DNA of 64,000 bases from Candidatus Peribacteria bacterium (GTDB taxonomy: Bacteria > Patescibacteriota > Gracilibacteria > Peribacterales > Peribacteraceae), in contig JBEPVF010000001.1 in NCBI GenBank assembly GCA_041691135.1, positions 261,493-325,492 of the forward strand. The letters run 5' to 3'. The position numbers and the translations under genes were made by a program. Under the pieces are notes generated by a model. The model was not told the DNA's origin. It saw only the letters and a program-made list of their open reading frames with translations, and did no database searches. Positions 30,620-40,172 of this stretch are shown here, in pieces (positions within the stretch are counted from its first letter, which is position 1; each line of letters starts with the position of its first letter).

Positions 30620-31093
30620 TTACGCCGCTTTGGCTTCCTCGCTTCCAGCAGCGGCTTCTTCGGCAGCTGCCGGGGCTTCGACAATATCGGTTACCTCTTC
30701 TTTCTCGGCGGGAGCAACGGCAATGGCGAATTCGTCAGCAGTCGTGAAACGCTCGGTCATGCGTGCCGACTTTCCACTCCTTCCGCGAAGGAAGGACAGG
30801 TTGGCGCGACGGACTTTGGCCACTTTCTTCACTTCGATCTTTTCGATGAACGGCGAGTGGAGCGGGAAAATACGCTCAACACCAATACCCGACGCGATGC
30901 GGCGCACGGTGAAGGTGGCATCGGTGGCGGTGTGGCCACGATGGAGGTCGATCACGAGACCTTCGAATATCTGAATACGCTCCTTTTCGCCTTCCTTGAT
31001 GCGCTCATGGACACGAACAGTGTAGCCAGGCGCCAATTCGGGACGCTGTTTGATGTTTTCCTTGGCCTGATGATGCAGAATTTCTGAAGGCAT
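30620..31093 (-). CDS. rplS: 50S ribosomal protein L19
   Basis: [35 protein letters not shown]. Confidence 0.97.
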   Translation of the reverse strand: MPSEILHHQAKENIKQRPELAPGYTVRVHERIKEGEKERIQIFEGLVIDLHRGHTATDATFTVRRIASGIGVERIFPLHSPFIEKIEVKKVAKVRRANLSFLRGRSGKSARMTERFTTADEFAIAVAPAEKEEVTDIVEAPAAAEEAAAGSEEAKAA

Positions 31094-31290
31094 AGAGCCC
31101 GGAGAGGGTAAAGGAGAGAGAAGGCCTTTGCAAGGCAATTCTTTGGGCTAATAGACTAAAAAGGAGAACCAAGAGCCAAAAACCAAATAACAACCAACTC
31201 TCAAATCTCAACTGCCAAAAAAGGGTTCTGTTTTTAGAAGTATCACTATTTATATTCTCCTGGTTCATAGTTCTTTGCACTTCCACCTTT

Positions 31291-31893
31291 TCATTTCTTC
31301 CCCTCCGCTTCCTCAATCTGCTTATACAAGAGGTTCAGGACAATAAAGTGGCGCGGGTCGTTCATGATTTCCAGAATGAAACGATCTTTCAGGCTCAGAC
31401 GATACAAGAAGTCTGCCTCTGAAAAGATGGAGTACTTCACATTCTTCAAGCTGGGGTCTTGGAGTAGGAGTGCCTCAAGTAATTCTTTCTTCACATTACC
31501 GACTACCAGCAGGTCGACCTTACTCTCGGTGTTCGCAAATGAACCGGCCAGAAGAACCAACTGCACGCCAGGCAACTTCTTAAGCTGCAATACAATCGGG
31601 CTCTCGGCTTGAATCTCTTTCGCAAAAATGTTCTTCAAATCAGTAAAGAGTGGAAATTCAGGATCGATATGGTAGTACTTCTTGCGATTGCGATGGCGCG
31701 CCTTCACCAAACCGATCTTGCGCAGGTTTTCCAGTTCGCGGCGGATAGAATTGATCTGCTCCCCCAGCAAACGTGTCAGTTCCCGAATGAAGTACTCCTG
31801 CTCGGGATGCAGCAGAAAAGTTGAGAGAAGTTTTACCCGGGTCTGTGAACTGAACAGTGCTTTGAGGACGGCGGAAGACATGTGCACAAACAT
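31291..31893 (-). CDS. Winged-HTH regulator with C-terminal nucleotidyltransferase-like fold
   Basis: LFSSQTRVKLL..F...YFIREL...INSIRREL.NL (wHTH), then LAGSFA...VDLLVVG (degenerate MNT). Confidence 0.8.
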   Translation of the reverse strand: MFVHMSSAVLKALFSSQTRVKLLSTFLLHPEQEYFIRELTRLLGEQINSIRRELENLRKIGLVKARHRNRKKYYHIDPEFPLFTDLKNIFAKEIQAESPIVLQLKKLPGVQLVLLAGSFANTESKVDLLVVGNVKKELLEALLLQDPSLKNVKYSIFSEADFLYRLSLKDRFILEIMNDPRHFIVLNLLYKQIEEAEGKK

Positions 31894-32147
31894 TACTCAT
31901 AGGAAGTGACTTAGTGCAAGAAAATTGTACAAGTGAGAGATCACAAAATTTGATCTATTTTTTCGTCTATCTAAAGCCAAATTAATACATTTTAAGCTCC
32001 TTAATTTTATTAGAGAGAATACAAAATATACTCACATAAAACTTACTTTTATTGTATAAACATACTTCAGTAGCACCCACAAACGCCTTTAAATCGCTCG
32101 TTTGGCGTGATTGAGAAAAACCTCAAAATGTGGTATTATTAAGAGAA

Positions 32148-33905
32148 ATGTTCAAACCAAAACAATTCATCGTCGCGGGCGCCTGTCTGTTCCTCGGCTG
32201 GGTCGTCATGCACTATGGTTTTGGCGAAGGGTTGATCGTCCAACATGCCAGCGCGGCAGCGGGCGATCCTCTTATCAGCAGCGACATCATGACGAATATC
32301 TCGGGGTTCATGTCGATGATGATTACCATCATGGATGTGGGCATGTGGGTGATTTTCAAATTACTCAATGTCGTGATGGATCCAGCGACAATCTTTGACC
32401 AGGATATAACCGGTAACAGCGGCATCCTGGAAATGATGCACAATATCTGGATGCTCTCGCGTGATTTGATGAATCTTATCTTCGCTTTCCTGCTGATTAT
32501 CGGCGCCGTCTATATTGTAGTACAGCCGCCGAAAGGCAAAGAATTCGTCGGGTCCTACGCAGCGAAGTTCGTGATGGCTGTGGTATTCGTCAATTTCTCG
32601 TGGTTTGTTCCACGTGTCATCTTCGATTTCTCCCAGGTTGCGGCATACACCGTCTACCAGTTGCCCAGCTTGATCGAGAGCGATGCGGCCTGCCAGGTAC
32701 CTCCGGTCGGCGGCGCCAAGGGCGCGAAAATGGAATCCTGCGAAGTGGTGACGAATGTGCTGTTCCTGAGCGAAATTGAACGCAGCGGCGTAACGGATGG
32801 CAAGGACGGCTGGCGTTGCCCGGTCAATAACTTCGTCTGCTATCAAGCTATGCGCATGGATGATCCCAATCTGGAAGCCAGTCCAACTTCCAAGATCATC
32901 AACGGTATCATTATCAACCATGCCCGACTGCGGTCGCTGGTCTATCTGGCAGATCCCGGGGTCGGCGCGGCGCGGGTGGGAGACAAGCGGTACGTCGCCA
33001 TGCTCACATTCATCATCAAGTTATCGATGGTGTTCATCATCCACATCGCGCTGTTCTTTCCGATGCTGGCTTTGCTTGTTGCCTTCTTCCTTCGCATTCC
33101 CATTCTATGGCTGACGATGGCCTTTATGCCGTTCGTGTTTCTGGAGTTCGTGGTCGGCAATAAGTTCGGCGAGCACAGCCCCATGCAATACCTGTGGCAG
33201 GGTTTCTTGAAGGCGGCTTTCATGCCCGCTCTCGTCGGCATTCCGCTGAGCATCGGCTTCATCCTGCTCAACGCCGGCAACAACATCGCACCGCCAGCCA
33301 GGTTGGCTGCGGGTGTCGACGGCATCATTCCCGTCTTCAGCGATGTCCATACATTCTGGCAACTGCTGTGGATGATGCTTGCACTCGGCATTCTGTGGTT
33401 CGGCGTGTTCTCGGTCCTCAAGGGCAATAGCATCATCGGTGGCATTACCAACCGCATCGGAGACTTCGGTAAGAACGCCGGTAAGTTGGCCCTCCAGGCA
33501 CCGCTGGCCCTGCCGATCCTACCCATCGGTGCAAACGGCAAGAGCATTATGGAAGCCATGCACGACATCGATCCTCAGCGTCACCTTAATGAACTGAGAA
33601 TCGGCGGACGATTTGGCGGGTTGAATATGACTCCGGGAACAAATACAGCCGTGAACCATTTCAGAGCCAATCCTCTAGATGCAGCACAGAGAGTGACAGT
33701 GAATGCCATCATTAACAATCGACCGAATAGTGACGTCGACTTCCGCCAACTCGTAAATAATCTCCACGCTCTTCCTGCTTTAAACAGAGTAAACGCGCAT
33801 GACATTGCAACTGCCATCGCCCACGAAATGAACATACGCGATGCTGCGACCATTCGTCGCATGCAAGACGCTGCCGCGCCCGGCGGGCCCCCTCCCCCTC
33901 CATGA
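32148..33905 (+). CDS. Polytopic membrane protein, TrbL/VirB6-like
   Basis: WMLSRDLMN, VFVNFSW...D and LRIPILWL...PF patterns typical of CPR VirB6-like proteins, with a Cys-containing extracytoplasmic loop. Confidence 0.55.
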   Translation: MFKPKQFIVAGACLFLGWVVMHYGFGEGLIVQHASAAAGDPLISSDIMTNISGFMSMMITIMDVGMWVIFKLLNVVMDPATIFDQDITGNSGILEMMHNIWMLSRDLMNLIFAFLLIIGAVYIVVQPPKGKEFVGSYAAKFVMAVVFVNFSWFVPRVIFDFSQVAAYTVYQLPSLIESDAACQVPPVGGAKGAKMESCEVVTNVLFLSEIERSGVTDGKDGWRCPVNNFVCYQAMRMDDPNLEASPTSKIINGIIINHARLRSLVYLADPGVGAARVGDKRYVAMLTFIIKLSMVFIIHIALFFPMLALLVAFFLRIPILWLTMAFMPFVFLEFVVGNKFGEHSPMQYLWQGFLKAAFMPALVGIPLSIGFILLNAGNNIAPPARLAAGVDGIIPVFSDVHTFWQLLWMMLALGILWFGVFSVLKGNSIIGGITNRIGDFGKNAGKLALQAPLALPILPIGANGKSIMEAMHDIDPQRHLNELRIGGRFGGLNMTPGTNTAVNHFRANPLDAAQRVTVNAIINNRPNSDVDFRQLVNNLHALPALNRVNAHDIATAIAHEMNIRDAATIRRMQDAAAPGGPPPPP

Positions 33906-35080
33906 GTCCGCTTAATTCGCCCTCACCGGTACCAGGTCCTTTTAATCGCATGCCAGCATTAAAGGGAGCGCCTGAGGACCTGCGCGCTGTAACCGTGCTT
34001 GGATCGATGTACGACCGGGCACACCTTTTTTTGGGATTGGACGGCATGGTCCCCCATTCACAACCGGTCATCCCGGCTATTTTCCGTAAGGGATACAGCG
34101 AACGCAGCCTGATGGCGAAAAGGAGCACGGAGTATCATAGTGAAAATATCAAAGCACATGGTGCTCTGCTACAAGAGAGTATTGCCACTGCCAAACCATT
34201 ACTAAGAAAAGAAGAGCGATTGAAGGATTTGCTGCCGGCTATCGAAGCCAGCTACAAAACACTCCGCGAGTCTGTCAGCAAAACGGCGAATGGAAAACCT
34301 GATATGCCCTTCTGGGACACGATGGAGGGCGTGCGGCGTGCAGAGAGAGTCTTGGAAGCTGCCGGCCCGCTGGAACAGACCTCAGTCGATCCACAGGTAA
34401 AGCAGTTGGTGCAGAACTTTCGTGCGTATACCGAAAGCATTTATGAGGCGATCAAGCTACCAGGCCAGCCAAATATGCAGCGGAATCCGCGCGATTATCG
34501 TACCGATGACCGCTACGTAAAAATTACCTCCGCGGCTGGTTTTGCCGGCACCATTCTCTTTGGCGGCATTGCAGCCGCTTCCGCACTCACAACCCTAATC
34601 AGTGGCAGAGATGATCGGAATCCGACTGGCATCATCACGTACGGCGTTCTCGCGTATCTTTGTGCCAATGGTCTGCCGTTCGGCGACACGCAGCTGCGCA
34701 ACCTGCAGAATCAGGTAAAGGGATACGTCTCATTCAACGACCCCATCAATAAGGCGTACATCATTCCCTACAAGACTGCCGACAAACCCAAGACATCCGC
34801 CGCGATCGCCAAGAAGGCACTGGAAAAGAATGCCGAACTCGAACAATTGGTAAGGAATGACGCAACCCCTGAGCAAATCGCTCAGTTCTTCGGCAAAGAA
34901 AATGTGGCGGCAATCCCCGGCTTCACCAAAGATCGGGAAGCCATATCGGCTCTTCAAGTAGCTACCCAAGGAAAAGACGCGGAAGCCAAAACCTTTATCG
35001 AACACTTCTTCGAAGAGGGCATGGGGCCGTCGATGCTCTCGACATTGATGGAACAGGCATCGAAGAATCTGAAAGCATAG
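33902..35080 (+). CDS. Hypothetical protein with central hydrophobic hairpin
   Basis: 392 aa, ATGA overlap with the upstream gene. Confidence 0.7.
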   Translation: MSPLNSPSPVPGPFNRMPALKGAPEDLRAVTVLGSMYDRAHLFLGLDGMVPHSQPVIPAIFRKGYSERSLMAKRSTEYHSENIKAHGALLQESIATAKPLLRKEERLKDLLPAIEASYKTLRESVSKTANGKPDMPFWDTMEGVRRAERVLEAAGPLEQTSVDPQVKQLVQNFRAYTESIYEAIKLPGQPNMQRNPRDYRTDDRYVKITSAAGFAGTILFGGIAAASALTTLISGRDDRNPTGIITYGVLAYLCANGLPFGDTQLRNLQNQVKGYVSFNDPINKAYIIPYKTADKPKTSAAIAKKALEKNAELEQLVRNDATPEQIAQFFGKENVAAIPGFTKDREAISALQVATQGKDAEAKTFIEHFFEEGMGPSMLSTLMEQASKNLKA

Positions 35081-35092
35081 AAAAGAAATTCG

Positions 35093-35132
35093 AATTTCCC
35101 TGGCTCTTAGCTCTCGGTTCTTCGCGCTTATT
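35093..35132 (-). repeat. Dispersed repeat ATAAGCGCG-(7-mer)n-AGGGA, copy 1
   Basis: Reverse complement AATAAGCGCG AAGAACC GAGAGCT AAGAGCC AGGGAA. Confidence 0.75.
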
Positions 35133-35146
35133 TTTGCCCTTTATAA

Positions 35147-37429
35147 TCAACTCTCTCCTTTTTTCTTCAACTCCCGATTGTATGCCTCCAGCACATCCTT
35201 TTCCAGGATCGGCGTCGTAGTTTCGACACGCAAACCACATTCGGTGCCTTCTTTTGCCTCCTTGATATCTTTGTCGACGTGCTTGATCGAGAGCACGCGT
35301 CCGGTCCCCACCTGCTGGCCATCACGCTGCAGACGGAATTGCACACGTTTAAGGATGCCATCGGTGACGCGGCCGCCGATGATCTGCTCGCTGCGCTTGG
35401 TGAGGAACACGCCACGTACTTCCAGGTGTCCTAAAATCCTCTCTTCTTCGACCGGCTCAACCAAGCCTTTGAGCAAACTGTCGACTTCGTCGAGCAGCTG
35501 GTAGAGAACAGTGTACTGACGAACCTCTACCCCCTCGCGCTCAGCCGTACGTAATACTTCCGACGGCGCATTGGAATGGAATGCCAGCACAATTCCTTCG
35601 CTAGCCGAGGCCATCATCACATCGCTGTCGGTGACGCCGCCAATGGCCGCATGGATCACCTTGGCACTCACTTCGGTATTCCCCTCACCCTGCTTGCGCA
35701 GCGCTTCCTGTATCGCTTCCAGCGAACCCTGAGCGTCTGTCTTGAGCACGATTTTGAGCTGCTTCAGTTTCCCTTCACTCAACCGACTGACCAAATCGGC
35801 GAACGACCGTTTCTGCTTGGCACCCGACTGGTCTTTGAGCCCATCAAGCAGCGCTCGCGCCGCCTTTTCGTTGGCGACAACCTGCATGATATCGCCTACC
35901 TGCGGCACGCCGTCCAAACCGGACACGCGGGCCGGGCCGGACGGAGGAACTTCGGTAAGACGTTCTCCTTTGGCATTCATCAGCGCCTTCACTTTGCCGG
36001 TTATTTCGCCACAGACGAAAATATCTCCTACCCGCAGCGTTCCGGCATTCACGATTACAGTCGCCAGTGAACCATGGGATGTGTCCAAATGACTCTCGAT
36101 GACGGTCGCCACGGCGGTCCGCTTTGGATTAGCCTTGAGCTCCTTCAATTCGCTCACCAGGAGAATGGTATCCAAAAGCTCGGGAATCCCCTGCTTTGTC
36201 ACGGCTGATGTCATCACGAACGGCGTCGTGCCACCCCACTCTTCCGGCTGCAGTTCATGCGCGGCCAGTTCGCCTTTCACACGGTCGATGTCGGCACGTT
36301 CCTTATCGACCTTCGTGATCGCCACGATGATCGACACGCCGGCTTCTTTGGCATGATGGATTGCCTCGATGGTCGTTGCCTTCACGCCTTCCTCGGCCGA
36401 AGCCACGATAATTGCGATGTCGGTCACCTGAGCTCCCCGAGCGCGCATAGCGGTAAATGCCTCGTGTCCGGGAGTGTCGAGGAACGTAATCTTGCGCATC
36501 TCCGTCTTACCGCCTTCCTTGAATTCATGCTCTACTTGGTATGCGCCGATGTGCTGTGTGATGCCGCCTGCCTCGCTGGCCACCACGTTCGTCGAGCGAA
36601 TGGCATCGAGCAGTGCTGTTTTGCCGTGGTCGACGTGACCCATGATCACCACGATCGGCGGACGCGGCTTCAGGTTTTCGGGTTCGTCTTTGAGCAGTTC
36701 TTTGAGGTTCTTGGACAATAAATCTTCGACTTTGGCTGACCGCTCCTCGCGTTGCACGCCGAGCCCCAGTTCAGTCGCCACAATCGCCGCCGTATCGTAA
36801 TCGATCGACTGAGTGATAGTGGCCATCACGCCGTTCTTCATGAGGGCTTGAATAATTTTCGGTACCTGGATGCCGGTTTTCTCGGCCAGTTCTTTGACTG
36901 AAATTTGATCCGGCAACAGAACCATTCCGTCCTTCTTTTTGATCTGCTCCTGATGCAAGCTCTTCTGCTGACGCTTCTTCAATTCTTCCTGCTGTAAAAT
37001 CTTCTCTTCGCGGAGCTGTTCTTCGCGTTCGGCCCGCGAGAGTTCTGTTTCTTTGGTCTGACGAGCAATCGCCTCTTTGGGAACATCTTCGAGCGATAGC
37101 TTGCGCAGAACATTGAGCGACTCAGGCGCTACAGGCGCGCTCTGTTTGGCTGCACCCACGACCGGCGCAACGGCATCGGACGATGCTGATCCGTCAGTCT
37201 CTGTCTCGGGCTTCTCCTCCCCTCCTTCTTCATCGCCTCCCGTCATATCCAGTGTATCGAAGTTGATCTTCAGGCCTTTCTTGGTGGCCACGAAACGGAT
37301 AATACCTTTGGCAAGACCGTCCGGAATCTCGCGATCTGTCGGCTTAACGCCAAAATTGACCTCAGAGAGCTCTTTGCGCAATTCTTGGCCGGTCATGCTG
37401 AGAATCTTGGCGACTTGTACCAGACGCAT
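35147..37429 (-). CDS. infB: Translation initiation factor IF-2
   Basis: RPPIVVIMGHVDHGKT, GGITQHIGAY, DTPGHEAF, ECG. Confidence 0.98.
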   Translation of the reverse strand: MRLVQVAKILSMTGQELRKELSEVNFGVKPTDREIPDGLAKGIIRFVATKKGLKINFDTLDMTGGDEEGGEEKPETETDGSASSDAVAPVVGAAKQSAPVAPESLNVLRKLSLEDVPKEAIARQTKETELSRAEREEQLREEKILQQEELKKRQQKSLHQEQIKKKDGMVLLPDQISVKELAEKTGIQVPKIIQALMKNGVMATITQSIDYDTAAIVATELGLGVQREERSAKVEDLLSKNLKELLKDEPENLKPRPPIVVIMGHVDHGKTALLDAIRSTNVVASEAGGITQHIGAYQVEHEFKEGGKTEMRKITFLDTPGHEAFTAMRARGAQVTDIAIIVASAEEGVKATTIEAIHHAKEAGVSIIVAITKVDKERADIDRVKGELAAHELQPEEWGGTTPFVMTSAVTKQGIPELLDTILLVSELKELKANPKRTAVATVIESHLDTSHGSLATVIVNAGTLRVGDIFVCGEITGKVKALMNAKGERLTEVPPSGPARVSGLDGVPQVGDIMQVVANEKAARALLDGLKDQSGAKQKRSFADLVSRLSEGKLKQLKIVLKTDAQGSLEAIQEALRKQGEGNTEVSAKVIHAAIGGVTDSDVMMASASEGIVLAFHSNAPSEVLRTAEREGVEVRQYTVLYQLLDEVDSLLKGLVEPVEEERILGHLEVRGVFLTKRSEQIIGGRVTDGILKRVQFRLQRDGQQVGTGRVLSIKHVDKDIKEAKEGTECGLRVETTTPILEKDVLEAYNRELKKKGES

Positions 37430-37586
37430 GGAAAAACTTCGGAGAAGAAATCTGGGCGCAGTGTATCAGGAAAAAGAAGGAAAGAAACGGAAGAAACCAA
37501 GGAATCCGACGATTCCGAGGAGTTTTTAGCAAACAAAATTCCACATCCTCTCCTCGGTTTCTTTGGCGCCATCGGTTCCCTCACAT

Positions 37587-38927
37587 TCAGGCGGTCAGAT
37601 CTTCCACGATATCGCGCTCATGCGAATCATGTTTCGAACCGTTCGCAATCCCTGAAACCACATCCAGCTGGGGCGGCTTGTCACTTTTCACTGATGGCTC
37701 GCCGAGCGGGAGTGATTGCTGCGGCACATCCACCTTGGGAATCGGCTTCGCTTCTTCCGCTTCGGGATTGCGCTGATGACGCATGCCCTCCTTCAACTTA
37801 TTAATCGAATCGAGCACTTGCAGCTGGAAGTTCTGGTAATTCCGAACGCGGAAACCGGCCGCACGGCTGTGTCCGCCGCCGCCGTACGTTTCGGCTGCCA
37901 GACGGCTGCTATCAAGAGCAGCCGACGAGCGCATACTCGCTTTGAATCCGCCATCTTCCACTTCGGTAAATAGCACGTGCAGGTCGGCATCGGGGATAGT
38001 GGAGATGAGCTCATCGAGAATGCCGTGCGTCTCTTTGCTGTTGGCATCCATTTCCTGCAGATCTTCGCGGCTGATGGCCGACCAGACGATACCGGCTTCT
38101 TTGTCGATTTGTATGCGGTTCAGCGCCCGACCCCAGATCTTGAGCGTCGACAGCGGCTTGGTCTTATAAATGTGCTGAATGATCTCCTGCTGTCTGGCTC
38201 CGCGCTCGAGCAGTTCGGCCGCGATCTCCAGTGATCGCGGAGTGGTGTTGGGATTCTGGAAACTGCGCGTGTCGGTGATCAGACCTGTAAGAAGTAGGGT
38301 CGCCAAATCCGGCGTAATCTTCTCGTTCCACTCGGGAATGGATTTGAACCAGGTGTAGAGCACTTCGGTAGCACTGGCCGCCGTCGGATCGATCAGCTGG
38401 AACTGTCCGTAGCGCAGGTTGCTGATGTGATGATCCACATTGAGGATCGTCGTATCCGAGAACAAATCGATGTGATCGCGGTACAGAGATCCAAGCAGGG
38501 CCAGATCAGCGGTGTCGACCAAGACGATCAGATCGTAGCGTTTCTCCCCTTCTCCGAACGAGATGTGGCTTGGGCGGATCTTTCCTTTCTTCGGCACGAC
38601 AATGATATTCACCTTCTGGTCCTCCACCGTGTACCGCAATTTATCAATCTCGACGCCTTCGGTCAGATTGACGGTGATAATGAAGTTCTGGCTCTCCTGA
38701 ACACCCATTTCGACCTTCTGGAAACCCGGCAAAAACTGGAGCGATTCGGGCGGTGTATCCGGGCAGATTACGGTGACATCCTTGCCCAATGCCTGGAACA
38801 GCTGATAACAGGCCAAGGCGCTGGATAGCCCATCGGGATCCACGTTCCCATGTGGGATCACGAGGATTCGCTCATGCTGCTCGATTATGAGCTTTGCGGC
38901 CGATAGATCTTGGGGGGAAAGACTCAT
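37587..38927 (-). CDS. nrnA: DHH/DHHA1 phosphoesterase (nanoRNase NrnA-like)
   Basis: HGNVDPDG, VDTA, NVDHH, TDT..F, ASMRS, GGGGH.RAAG. Confidence 0.88.
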   Translation of the reverse strand: MSLSPQDLSAAKLIIEQHERILVIPHGNVDPDGLSSALACYQLFQALGKDVTVICPDTPPESLQFLPGFQKVEMGVQESQNFIITVNLTEGVEIDKLRYTVEDQKVNIIVVPKKGKIRPSHISFGEGEKRYDLIVLVDTADLALLGSLYRDHIDLFSDTTILNVDHHISNLRYGQFQLIDPTAASATEVLYTWFKSIPEWNEKITPDLATLLLTGLITDTRSFQNPNTTPRSLEIAAELLERGARQQEIIQHIYKTKPLSTLKIWGRALNRIQIDKEAGIVWSAISREDLQEMDANSKETHGILDELISTIPDADLHVLFTEVEDGGFKASMRSSAALDSSRLAAETYGGGGHSRAAGFRVRNYQNFQLQVLDSINKLKEGMRHQRNPEAEEAKPIPKVDVPQQSLPLGEPSVKSDKPPQLDVVSGIANGSKHDSHERDIVEDLTA

Positions 38928-39027
38928 ACTTGACGTAACATAATATTATGCCATAAATTCATTTATAATGCAAGGGCCAGGAATGAGAAAAAGAGGACAT
39001 GAAAGCATAGATAGAAAGGAATGACAA

Positions 39028-39064
39028 ATAAGCGCGGAGAACCAAGAGCCAAGAATCAGGGAAT
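39028..39064 (+). repeat. Dispersed repeat ATAAGCGCG-(7-mer)n-AGGGA, copy 2
   Basis: ATAAGCGCG GAGAACC AAGAGCC AAGAATC AGGGAA. Confidence 0.75.
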
Positions 39065-39066
39065 TT

Positions 39067-39927
39067 CTATCGAATATTATATAAAGCATTTCTCCCCAAG
39101 AACGCTCCGGCCCTCAGTCGCGGAAGGGAGAAGAGCGTCTTTTCGGTTTGGACTATTCCTTTGTCCTCGGACACCGCTGCAATGTAGCCGGCTTCCTTTG
39201 CCAATCGCTGGAGCATGTCGTTATACGAACCATAGGGATACGCAAAGGTGGTAACGCTGACGCCGTAGTCTTTCTGCAGACGATCACGACCTTCTGCGAT
39301 CTGTTTCCGCGCATCAGCTTCGGACAATGTGGTAAGGCGCAGGTGATCCTCTGTGTGACCGCCGATTTCCACGAGGCCACTCAGTACAATTTCCTTTAGC
39401 TGATCAGCTGTGAGGTACCCATCTTTGCCAATGAAATTATCGACGATGTAGAGCGTCGCCTTCATATTATATTTCTGCAGAAGCGGCAGAACGTACTGAT
39501 AGAAGTCGGCGTAACCATCGTCGAATGTCAGCATAATCCCCTTCTGCGGCAGATCCTGCCGCCCATCGATCATGGCTGGGATGTCGCGCACGAAATATGT
39601 TTGATAACCGTTTTTCTGCAGCAATTGAAGTTGTAGCTCAAACGTATCCGGTTTGATGTTCATCGCCTGACGTAACCGATCTCTGGGGTTCTGGACGATT
39701 TCGACATAGTGATAGACCAGAATGGGAATCCGTACGGCACGTGACAACCGCTGTGCTGACGACGATGAAGCAGACGATACGCTGCTCACGTCAGCCATGC
39801 TTTCCTCCGCTGCGTACGAAGAGCTCACACCATCAACATGAAAGATACGCGAAAGACTGACGAAAAAAGCGAAGACGATCAGCCCGAGCAAAAAAACAAT
39901 GGCGATCGGTTCGTGTAGTCGCTGCAT
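39067..39927 (-). CDS. Polysaccharide deacetylase (CE4)
   Basis: PILVYH, LTFDDGY, IGGHT..H, FAYPYG, LPR, N-terminal TM. Confidence 0.92.
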   Translation of the reverse strand: MQRLHEPIAIVFLLGLIVFAFFVSLSRIFHVDGVSSSYAAEESMADVSSVSSASSSSAQRLSRAVRIPILVYHYVEIVQNPRDRLRQAMNIKPDTFELQLQLLQKNGYQTYFVRDIPAMIDGRQDLPQKGIMLTFDDGYADFYQYVLPLLQKYNMKATLYIVDNFIGKDGYLTADQLKEIVLSGLVEIGGHTEDHLRLTTLSEADARKQIAEGRDRLQKDYGVSVTTFAYPYGSYNDMLQRLAKEAGYIAAVSEDKGIVQTEKTLFSLPRLRAGAFLGRNALYNIR

Positions 39928-40057
39928 TGCGGAACTTAATCATGCTTGTGACCTTCAATCAAGAGCCCAAATTGTTGTTGTAAAAATTTAGCTATTTCCT
40001 TTTGATCAACTCCAGACACAGAGGAATCTGATGCATAGCGGGAAAATTAGTAATGAA

Positions 40058-40134
40058 TGGTCGGGACGACAGGACTTGAACCTGCGACCTCATGCCCCCC
40101 AGGCATGCGTTCTAGCCAACTGAACTACGTCCCG
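40058..40134 (-). tRNA. tRNA-Pro(GGG)
   Basis: CGGGACGTAGTTCAGTTGGCTAGAACG CATGC-CTGGGGG-GCATG AGGTC GCAGG-TTCAAGT-CCTGT CGTCCCG ACCA. Confidence 0.96.
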
Positions 40135-40172
40135 AGCGCAGGAACTATAGGGGAGACACCTAGGACCTACAA

